The translations under genes and the position numbers were made by a program. DNA of 64,000 nucleotides from the NCBI RefSeq assembly GCF_006345805.1, contig NC_042998.1, forward strand, positions 51,398,001 through 51,462,000, given 5' to 3'. Each line of letters begins with the position of its first letter. Positions within the stretch are counted from its first letter, which is position 1. Shown here in pieces: positions 37,091 to 48,102 of this stretch. The stretch comes from Octopus sinensis. Taxonomy: Eukaryota. The notes beneath the pieces were generated by a model, which made no database searches, had not been told where the DNA came from, and saw nothing but the letters and a program-made list of their open reading frames with translations.

Positions 37091-38811
37091 TTCTTCCACT
37101 CCCTTCCTCTCTTCCAGTGGCAGCAGTGAATTGGCTGACACTGATTTTAATGAAGTGGAAGGCAAGCATGTCACATGACTTTTAGAGGCACCCCCTGCAA
37201 CTTTTTGTTTCAAGGCTCCATCCCTTCAATCAAAATTCATAATCTATGCATCTTTTATTCATAGCTATATTTTATTTTATTCTATCTGAAGTTGTTATCC
37301 TAAAGAACATATTTAGGTAGGGACATTCGTGATACAATGTACTATTTTTACAAGAACTTTTGCCGGTATGATGTATTACCATTTTATTTCTTGAAATTTT
37401 CATTCTTGTTTCAACATCTTAACAAAAGTAAATAGATGATTCATCTTTGTACTTTGATCTTAACATGGGGCCCCTCAACTACAGAGACCCCCTGTGACTG
37501 CAGAGGTTGCAGGGCTTAGCGACAGCCCTAATGGAAGGTGAAAATAGATACTTTGATGTCAATAACAACATTTTCATTTACCTCTGTACTAAATCGAGCA
37601 TCCCCTGTCAATATATCATCATTTTCAACATGTACTTTTACATACTTTTATGGGACAGAGAGAGTTCAATAACTTTCTAGCATTTAAACTGGCCATATCC
37701 GGCCCAAATATGCCTCCTGCTATATGTTCAAACTGGTCAGATCCAGCCTATCACACCTACTTTTCAATGCTGTTGTAAAATATATGATCCCATCATAAAA
37801 TTTCAAAGCTATGAAATATTGCATGATTTATTAAAAACAACATGAATGAGAAAGCATGACGTTGTGACAAAATAATCTGTTTGCTAAAGGTGAGATATCA
37901 TAAGTTTTATGATAATAAAAAATTTTTTTTTACTTATAAAATTACTCTCATTAATCATTACTCTCCATCCTTTGTCATTTTAACAGCTGCTTGTTCATAT
38001 TTGCATAGGTTCAGTGTAATTGTGAGGGTATTTATAATAAATAATTATTTGTAACTTACATACATATGCATACACCTAGGCCTATTCCCCCATTTTTTTT
38101 AGGTGTGGGTAACCAGAACAAGGCACACATTAGGCATTCCATTCATTTCCCAGCTCAAAGAGGCAAGCCCTGTTCTAATTGAGAGATGCAGTAGAAGTTT
38201 TCATTTCAAATAAACTTTCTTGCCTGGTAAGGTTGAAAATGCTTCTTTCAAAGGCAAAGAGAAATGAAAGGTTATACTGTTAGAAAACAAATTGTATGGC
38301 ATTAGTAGTGCATAACTTAAATGAATAAAAGCTTCAAAATTACCCTGCAATTAGGATATAACAAACTAGTCTAATTCAACAGCAACAATATAGTCACCAC
38401 ACACATATCAAGAAAGCAGCTTCCTTCAACACTACACACACTCTCTATTTTAGAACATATTTTCTTCAAATTAAAAGTTTTCATGAAACTTCATGTTCGT
38501 ATTGTTGTTTAGTCCTGTTTTAGCCTTGATCAATGAGGCTATGATTAAATACACTGTACTCATGACCAACTGGTCTCCTTTCTTTGTAAAGCTAATCCAG
38601 GAATCCCTTATCTAATGTTTTTTTCTAAAATAGTGGATATTTGAGACATTTAGCTGCTATATCTACCAGTTTAAGTAACCTTGTGCAGGCTCCATAGCCA
38701 AGACTGCATCTTAACATTTTAGGTTTTCTCTTCAAAAGTTAGAAAATCATTAATTATTAGAATTTTTATATCAAATGCCTAAAGTTATATTTAATTTGCA
38801 ATATATTATTA

Positions 38812-38949
38812 CCCGACCAAAAGTTTGGAACATAGGTCTGAAAATCAGAATTTTTATATTAAATGTCCAAAGTTATATTTGAATCAAATTGTACTTGTGC
38901 ATTACAATTCTAATTTTTTAAAAATGTTCCAAACTTTTGGCCAAAACTG
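38812..38949. mobile_element. Tc1-like MITE
   Basis: Perfect 16-bp inverted repeat CCAAAAGTTTGGAACA (38817-38832 / 38925-38940); right end ...AAAACTG|TA. Confidence 0.7.
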
Positions 38950-38981
38950 TAGATCATAGCAGATGAAATTCATCTGTCACA

Positions 38982-39042
38982 GGTGCTACAGTTCCCATAT
39001 CATGTGGTTTCATTCTGTTGCACCTCATCAGTGGGAAGCACC
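38982..39042 (-). ncRNA. Degenerate type I hammerhead-like motif
   Basis: GGTGC TTCCCA CTGATGA ggtgcaacagaat GAAA ccacatg ATA TGGGAA ctgta GCACC. Core intact and stem I 6+5 bp; stems II and III imperfect. Confidence 0.5.
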
Positions 39043-40400
39043 AGGTGACTGCATGCCAGTAAAAATCTATATAGAATTTCAGCATCTTTTTAGATGCTGA
39101 TGTTGCAAACAGCTAACAAGCTTATTCAAAATTGATTATTAGCAATGGAAGCTAATAACAAAGTAATTTTTATTAGCTTCCTAACAAGGCATCCATGTTT
39201 AGTTGGCTATAAAGATTACCTGTTAGGAAATAGCTCAGCGCTTGTCAGTCGCTTATCCTCTTACAAGATATACCTTCACCCTACATTAGAGTACTACTTA
39301 CATGACTAGAACAGTGTTGCTGCTATACACACAAGTTTTCTAGATTACATAAAATAAGGCTATATGACTGACTGTTACAGCATCAGAGAGAATGCTTTAA
39401 GGTGTTTCTTCTAACTTCCAACATTCTGAGCTTAAATCCCGCAAAGATCAACTTTCAGGGTTAATAAAAAAAAATACCAGTCCAAGGTGATGCATTATTG
39501 AAACTGTAAGAACATTGAACCTGTCTTGTGATATTTGTTCCAGCTCTTTGCATTCTCAGTTCAAATCTCATCATGGAATATTTGGGTGATAGACAGTCCA
39601 TTGCCTGGTTTATTATTACTACTTGGTAAGATAGTGAGCTAGCAGAATTGTTAGCATGCTGGGCAAAATGCTTAGCAGCATTTCATGTCTTTCCATTCTG
39701 AGTTTCAATTCTGCTGAGGTCACCTTTACCTTTCAACCTTTCAGGGCCAATAAATTGAGTACCAGTTGAACACTTGGGTCAATATAATCAACTTACCCAC
39801 TTTCCCAAAATTGCTGGCCTTGTGCCAAAATCTGAAACCAATATTACCACTTGGAACTTGGGTACCTTTTACAAGCATTCACAGTACTTGGGTACTATGT
39901 TACATGCATTCAGATCAGGTTTCCAATTTGAGGTCATCATCCTCCCTCCTCAGCTGTCTTGTAGGCCCTGAAGGTCATCAACACTGCCTTGCGTCCAGCC
40001 TAAAAGGTTAAAAAAAAAAATTATTACATTCACTATCACATCATACACTGCCCTACCTCTGTTTCCTATTACTACTCCAGTGGTCATTCTCTCTGAATTT
40101 GCTTAATGCCAGAGTCACTCACTTGATGTGTCTGCTTCTCCTCCTCTCTTTATCATTATTTCTTCTTCCTTTACTTCTGAACTAATCATTTTTCTTATCC
40201 TTCTTCCCCAGCACTATACTCCTCTCTAACTTCTTATCTGCTTAAATTTTCTTTAGAAATATCAGCCTGCAGAAGTTTAAGAGGATCAGTTACATACATC
40301 ATGCTCACCAATCTTCTTGAACCTATATGTACTGTGGGTGGCCACTGTTACTCTTTTGCAGGTTAACTATCAAAATTAAGGAAGAGTAAGATCTGAGAAG

Positions 40401-41413
40401 AGGGAGTGTGAGAGGACAAAGTAGAGTTTTGGACTAAATGCTTTCATAACTAAGTTAGTTGCTATTTACATAGAGTTCAAAATGTATTAAGGACAATTTT
40501 GACTGCATTTCTGCTTCATAAAATATCGACACTTTTAATGTATTGCATCCTTTTTCGGTAACTTTTACTTATATTTCATTTTATTATAAGCAAAACAAAT
40601 CAAAATAGATGAACATCAATGGAATTTGTATCTTTGTGGTACCAGTGCCGGTGGCACGTGGCACACAAGAAAACCATCCGAACGTGGCCGTAGCCAGTAC
40701 CGCATCGACTGGCCTCCGTGCTGTGGGCACGTAACAAACACCATCCGATCGTGGCCGTTTGCCAGCCTCATCTGGCACCTGTGTCGGTGGCACATAAAAA
40801 CACCATCCGAGCGTGGCCGTCTGCCAGCCTCGTCTGGCACCTGTGTCGGTGGCACATAAAAAAACACCATCCGAGCGTGGCCGTTTTCCAGCCTCGTCTG
40901 GCACCTGTGTCGGTGGCACATAAAATCACCCACTACACTCTCGGAGTGGTTGGCGTTAGGAAGGGCATCCAGCTGTAGAAACACTGCCAGATCTGACTGG
41001 ACTGGTGCAGCTTTCGGGCTCCCCAGACCCCAGTTGAACCGTCCAACCCATGCTAGCATGGAAAGCGGACGTTAAATGATGATGATGATGATGAAGTTCA
41101 TATATATATGTGTATGCATCTGTGTGTGGTGTGTGTAGCATCATCATCATCATTTAATCTCTGGGTTGGTATCTAGGATGCTATAAAATACAAGGAGTGA
41201 AGCACCTGGTGCTTTGTAGCATACCAGACACTAATTTCTCATTAAAATATGTCTTTATGAGAAGTTTACTCCAATATAAAATCTAAGACATGCTGTCCAG
41301 GAAAGCTGCCATACACTTATACCAATTTTTTGCTGCCATCGTCTCTAAAAGGTGTGGCTTGTCACACACAAGCTTTCATTATTGTAATCAAATTATATGT
41401 GTGGGTAGTCTAA
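40401..41413 (+). repeat. Duplicated ~500-bp segment, filled copy
   Basis: Flanks align to 44511-45007; interrupted by the insertion at 40590-41093. Confidence 0.85.
40590..41093 (+). mobile_element. Young composite RTE-tail element (same family as 10886-12425)
   Basis: Near-identical to about 11795-12420 but with three subrepeats (40750, 40812, 40876); (TGA)n tail. Confidence 0.9.
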
Positions 41414-44400
41414 CATGACCATTAGAAAATATCTTCATCATAATTTATAACTGGTAGTGAGGTGGTTAGGTCAGTCCTTAAAAAAAATCAAGATATCAAA
41501 ATGAATATATGAAATATAAAACAATATAGAGATTACTCTGCTGTACTATCAGCATTTGCTCAACTCACTAGAAATAAGTCAAATGAGCCTCAAATCACAG
41601 TGTTTTAAAAAAAAGGAAGGATACATCAGATTATGTAGTTCTAGAGTTACTGTTTGCATAAAAGAGTTGATGGACACTATTAATTGTAAGTCTGCCCAAG
41701 TCATCTTTGGCCGAGCAGTCCTATGCTCAAAAGAATTCCACATATGACCATTCCATCTTATTTTCAGGAAATATATCATGCACTACATTATGCTATATGT
41801 CATTTGACTTTTTGTGGAGGTAGAATGTGATTTGAGGAAGAAATGGTTGCTATTTTTAGCAGTTCGACCACCTATGTGCAGGCTCCTATGTTGGTTCAGT
41901 TATCTACTTGTTCTATCCTCCTACTGTTTTATGCATAAAATTCTGAAATATAAATTCTTCACAATGAGTGTCTTCAATTTTGGGTCATAAACTGATTAAA
42001 AAGATCGAAGATGTTTCCATATGACTGGAATCAAGTTCACATATGAAGAGGTTACATACAAGAGGTTAGAGAAAGAGTTCGTGTATGTAGCAAGAAAGTG
42101 TGTTGGGTTACATTCAGCTATTCAAAAAGCAATTAAACACAATATTTGCATCAAACCTTTTCTAACTTCTATTGTTATAGTATTCATACAGCTGCTATTT
42201 TTCTCTGGATTAACATCTAGAAAAATTAAGTCTGTAATGCTTATTTAAAATCTATATTCACTTTGTAATTTATATGCAATCAATCAGTCAGTAATTCTCA
42301 CTGAAAATTAGAGTGCAAATGTGCTACAATAAATCTGATTTTCAATCACATCATCTGGTTGTTACATTTTACAATGGATAAGCTGTGATTAAAAGGGCAG
42401 TAATCTTATTTCTTATATAGATATATGATTAAGTAGACTTATGTAACCTTTTATTAAGAGTTTAGTACTAATTCCAACTGATCAGTATTTTATTTCTCTC
42501 ATTCAGTTGCTAGAAAATGCCTCTATTTAGTTTTTGGCAACTAAGTAAATATAGAAGGCTTTGGTTCACTGTGAGATCATGATAATCCCCTTGCTGGGAG
42601 CCTGGTTGAATGCTTGCAGCATCATGCATGAACTCTGCTAAAAACATGCACATAGGTCAAGTGGGGATGTTAAACCAAGTAGCATGAAGGCCATTTAATT
42701 AATTGAGGTAATGTTGCTCATAAACACTCTCTTAACTTTGGTCCACAAAATCTACTTTCTCTTCTCTTTACCTCTTCTTCCACCACGACTGTGCCTTGTT
42801 CTACCTCCACTTACTTATCTCTCTTCTCTTTATCAACTATATTCTCTCCATCCCCTAGGCCCTCATATAAACACAATACTCAGTCCATCCTTCCTAGAAT
42901 GGCGATCACATGGAATTCCCCACACCTTTTTTTTTTTCTGCAGTCATCAACTGAAGTAGAAAATTAACAGCATTAATCTCATCAATCAAGGCCATTGACA
43001 TAACCTCTTTCTCCAAACCAATCCAAAAGATAAAATAAAAGACCCACCTATTTGGCGGGTGGAGTACCTGAGTCTTTTCCCCAGCTTCATAGAATTTAAT
43101 AATCTCAAGAGATTACTAGGCTCTTATAGGTATTTTGTAAAGTACAGCTATAACTTTTTTTTAATATTTTTTCTCCATTTAGTAAAGTTAAGCTGTGTTA
43201 TGATAAAGTTCAAGTATTGTTTTCTTTTTGTCGAAGCTCAATATCTTTGTGCTTACAAAGTTAATTTCTTTATTACTTTGATTACGTTTTTTTTATTACC
43301 TGTTTCTAGTTAAGGATGCTGGTATAGATTTTGCAAAGTATTTGGCAAAGGTTAATTATTATTTTATCTATTTATTTTGTTACATACTGGAATAGAGAAA
43401 TACTCTGCATTCTTCAAGTGCATTAATATATTGATTTGCAACTTAAATAAAAGGCCACAAATTATGTATGAAAAGAAAGCAGTTGATTATATCAACCCCA
43501 TTACTTGAATGGTACTGGTACTTATTTTACCAAACCCTGAAGAATGAAAAAGCAAAGTTGACCTCTGAGGAATTGTACTCAGAAGAGAAAAGGACTAAAT
43601 ATATCACACAGCATTTTGCCCAACACTACCAATCCTGCCTAAGCCACAGAAGTGGTTCTTCTTTGAAGTGACACTGCGTTTCACTCATGTCAGTCTTCAA
43701 AGGACAAAAAAATAAAATTGATTGAACTTGTTTATTTATTATTACTCCTCCAAGAGTAACTGGAAGTTTTCTATTTGATGCATGTTGTTGATGTAGAAAG
43801 GGTGAAGTAAAATAAATGATTTTTCTCTGTTCATAAGTACTTAAACTAATCTTATAAATGTTTTGTAAGCCTGGTATTGTATGTAATGTTTAGTCTCAGA
43901 TGCATAAACCCTGACTACCTCCACTTAGCAGTTGATCACTCTATGGCTAATTCTACTTACATATATACCAATCCTTTAAATAACAATAAAACACTAAACT
44001 GACAGGTTTTTGTCTTCAGTTTTGCTCACCATTAACTGCTATTTCATGTTTCGGGAAAATGCGATATATATTAATAAAAGTAAATGTAATGTGTAATCTA
44101 ATAATTTATTCTCTTGGCTGAATATTTTGTTTTGCTTCTTTTTTTTTTTACCTATAGATTTTTTTAATAGTATTTTCTCTAGGTAATCAATTTATCCTTT
44201 TAGCTCCTTTTCCCTTTGTATTGTTTCACTTTTGTCAATATAGTTTACTATTATTGTATAAACATTGGGAAGAGCATTTTGTGTTTCATATAGAAAATGA
44301 ATAATTTAGTGGTATGTATATAATCTATGAGAGAGATACTTACATAATTGAGAAGACAATAATAATTATATATTCTTATTCTTTTTAGTTTGCTTGTTGT

Positions 44401-44510
44401 CATGTTCATATTGAACAGCTCAAAAAGTAAATACTGTTAAGGTTGTCAGATGCCTTTTTGTGTGTGTGTTGAATATATTATTTCATCTCTAATGCTGTTA
44501 ATTGTGTGGT

Positions 44511-45007
44511 AGGGAGAGAGTGTGAGGACAAAGTAGAGTTTTGGACTAAATACTTGCATAACTTAGTTGCTATTTACATGGAGTTCAAAACATGTCAAGG
44601 ACAATTTAGTCTGTATTTATGCTTCATGAAATATTTTAACACTTTTAATGTATTGCATCCTTTTTCAGTGAATTTTACTTATATTTCATTTTATTATAAA
44701 CACAAAGTTTGTGTGTGTGTGTGTGTGTGTGGCATCATCATTATCATTTAACATCTGGTTTGGTATCTGGGATGCTACAAAATACTGGGATTGAAGCACC
44801 TGGTGCTTTGTAGCATACCAGACACTAACTTCTCATTAAAATATGTCTCTATGAGAAGGTTACTCCAATATAAAACCTAAGACATGCTCTCTGGGAAAGC
44901 TGTGGTACATTTTCGCTGATTTTCTGTTATCATTCTCTCTAAAAGGTGTGGCTTGTCCCACGCAAGCTTTCATTATTGTAATCAAATTATATGTGTCGGT
45001 TGTCTAA
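44511..45007 (+). repeat. Duplicated ~500-bp segment, empty copy
   Basis: Aligns to both flanks of 40590-41093. Confidence 0.85.
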
Positions 45008-45134
45008 TAGATTGATATATATCTGTCACTAAATCTCACAAGAGACACTAACAGAAGAATCAGTTTTTCTACTAATCTGTTGAACTGTCATATATGAAAA
45101 GTGATGGGAGAAACCAATGTGTGTGTGTGTGTGG

Positions 45135-45881
45135 TTATTCAGTTTTATTTCATGATTTCTTGCCAATAGAGAAAGAGCCAGTTTCTAACCTAGATAAAAG
45201 GCTCCTGCATTGGAGTTTCAATCACATAAACAGGGTATTTTTGTATGGATGTATGTGTGCAGATTTGTATGTTTTATTTTATGTATATATTCTCATGCAT
45301 ATAGTTGCCTGTCTAAACATGCTTATATATACTTAAATGATAAACTTCTGGAAAGTTTTACACATTTTTACAGTTCCAGTGATGGCTTAGATCTGAACAG
45401 ACTTCGTATCAGCTTTCTCCTTTCTGGTTTTGAAAGGTCTAATTTCTCAAGATTGGTATTTAAGCAGTGTGTTACATATCCCAGTGCTCCAATAATGACA
45501 GGTATAAACCTGAACTTGCAATCTTGATTGAATAGCTGTAGATTCCTCAATGGTTCAGTCTAGGTATTTTCTTTTTTTCTGATCTTTAGCTTTTAGTTAA
45601 CATCTGCTGGGAAGCTGATTTCCACAACTGTTTCTCTTCTCTATTCTAAATTACTATGTCAGGTGTGTTACATTTCCATTTTATTGAGCTTCTCACTGGG
45701 ACATTCCACCAGTACTCCTTTTTTTCATGAGTGGCTGTGGCTTCTACCTTACTGTAGGTTATTATTTCTTTGGCCTTGGGGTTATCTTTCCAACAGATTT
45801 TTCTATACCATATCATAGCTACAACATCATGTTTTATCGGTAGATAATACTGTGATGACATTTTCAGACAACTGCTTATGA
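45135..45881 (-). mobile_element. 5'-truncated R4/Dong-like RLE non-LTR retrotransposon 3' end
   Basis: HIISSC (end of CCHC knuckle), KHDVVA, WWNVPV, PDIVI, VVEISFPAD and PVIIGALG in the order of an RLE domain, then a 3'UTR. (AC)n on both sides. Confidence 0.8.
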
Positions 45882-46304
45882 TGTGTGTGTGTGTGTGCAT
45901 GGCTCAGCTGTAGAAATGAGTTATGACATCACTGGTGCCAAGTTGTATCAGCTTTTTCCTTTCCCTTGGATACTATTGGTGGCATGGAGAAGGGAGGCTG
46001 GTGTGCATGGGGAACTGTTGGTCTTTCATAAACAACCTTGTGCAGACTTATGCCTCGGAGAGGAACTTTCTAGGTGCAATCCCATGGTCAAAGGGAGTCT
46101 TTACCTTCTATTTTATGTATGTATGTACAAATAGATAGATATAGATATATATATACACACATACACACGCACATGTTCCACTTTGCAGCATATTCAGCAA
46201 TTGTCTTTTACTATCATCCCAGGTCAACCAAAGCCTTGTGAATGGATTTAGTTGACAAAAATTGAAAGAAATTTGCTGTGTATATATATATATATATCTT
46301 TTAT

Positions 46305-46523
46305 CTTTTACCTGTTTCAGTCATTTGACTGTGGTCATGGTGGGGCACCACACTGAAGGGTTTAGTTGAACAAATTGACCCCCAGAACTTTTTTTTTAAG
46401 CCTGATACTTATTCTATCATTCTCTTTTTGCTGAACTGCTAAGTTATGGGGGACGTAAACACATCAATACTGGTTGTCAATCGGTGGTGGAGGACAAATA
46501 CAGACATAAAGATACACACACAT

Positions 46524-46563
<40 letters not shown>

Positions 46564-46643
46564 AGCTTCTTTCAGTTTCTGTCTACCAAATCCACTCATA
46601 AGGCTTTGGTCAGCCTGATGCTATAGCAGAAGACACTTGCCCT
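46305..46643 (-). mobile_element. Family B SINE truncated at a mariner insertion
   Basis: Aligns to 56108-56487 up to AGACACTTGCCC. Confidence 0.8.
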
Positions 46644-46655
46644 TATATATATATA

Positions 46656-47519
46656 TGAGGGCATATGCAAAAGTAACTGGAAACGTTCTTTGTGGAGCAA
46701 GGCCATTGTAGTTTGGGCATCAGTCCACCAACCAGCAGTGTTGGGTGAAGTTATACTGCCACATGGTGAGCCTTTGTTTTACAGTGCTTCTCACCTATTT
46801 GTCGATTTTTGTTATGACAGAAATGAAGGAACAGCATGCTTCCATGAAATTCTATTTTCTACTGGGGAAAACACTGGCTGAAACAGTTCTCATGCTTCAA
46901 ACGACTTACAAGAATGCTGCCATGGGCAAAACACAAGTTTATGAGTGGTTTTCCTGCTTTAGGAATGGTTACTTGTCATTTGAAGACCAACCTTGTTCAG
47001 GGTGACTGTCGACCTCCCTAACAAATGAAAACATCATGAAAGTTCATGAACTGATCTTGGAGGACTGTCACTGAACAATTGACAAACTTGTTGATATGAC
47101 TGGTGTGTCCCGAAGCTCCTGCCAATGAATTTTGAGCAAGGAAATGCAAATGAAAAGAGTTGCAGCAAAATTTGTGCCTTGCTTGCTCATGGAAGATCAA
47201 AAGCCGTCACAAATGAATGTTTGTCGTGAAGTGAAAGAACAGTTGGAAGTTGATCTGTATCTTTTTTCAAAAGCCATCTCTGGTGATGAAAGCTGGTGCT
47301 ATTGAAATTGCAAGTGTGGGAGAGATGAAAAATAACAGAGGCATTAAAAGGCTTCACTTTGCAAGAATTCCATTACTGCTTAGAACAGTGGAAAACGCAT
47401 CTGGTCCGATGCATTGCTTCAAATGGAGAATATTTTGAAGGTGATACAAGTGTAAACATGTAAAACTAAGTGAATAAAATAACATTGCAAAATTCTGGTT
47501 TCTTTTGGGTGCCCCTCTG
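46656..47519 (+). mobile_element. Mariner internal-deletion derivative
   Basis: TA-flanked related termini. MKEQHASMKFYFLLGK...VYEWFSCF...KRVAAKFVPCLL...GDESWCY; in-frame stops; catalytic remainder deleted. Confidence 0.9.
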
Positions 47520-47701
47520 TATGTAGGTATGTATATATATCTATATCTATCTATCTATCTATATATAAATATATATCGATAGATTCAGATGAATATGGTA
47601 CTTAAGTTGAGGCACCAGAATTTACTATGATATTATCCATACAATTTCAAAATAAGGTGATTAAAATCAAAATAAGCGATGGATATCCTTGTTGCTTATT
47701 T

Positions 47702-47747
<46 letters not shown>

Positions 47748-47887
47748 ACATACACTCACATAAATGTGTGTGTCTTGACTTTACACATTAATTATAAACA
47801 AATATTTTTGTCATGTAAGTGGTATCATTTGTAATCTTCTGTGGAAACACGTTAGGCCATTTGTGCTGTTTATGTCAGAAGGATTAA

Positions 47888-48102
47888 CCTTTTAGCATTC
47901 AGATTACTCTGTCATATGTTATGCTTCTTCATTTGTTTTGAATTAATCATGCATTACCTTGTCGCTTCGAGGTTTTAATGACGTAATTGTTTATTTTTAA
48001 AATGACTTTGTATGGTTTGTATGGGAGGCCGGATTTGACTGGTTTGAACATAAAACAGGTAGAATATTTAGGCTGGATATAGCCACTTTAAATGCTAAAG
48101 GA
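47888..48102. mobile_element. piggyBac-like MITE (type 1)
   Basis: TTAA|CCTTTTAGCATTCAGATTACTC ... AATGCTAAAGG. Confidence 0.75.

Noticed and set aside
38103-38226. Exon-shaped segment with strong acceptor and donor
   Set aside because: Stops in all three frames and no independent support; could only be non-coding.
43085-43129. 45-nt symmetric exon candidate (FIEFNNLKRLLGSY)
   Set aside because: Weak donor (GTATTT), no recognisable homology and no partner exons.
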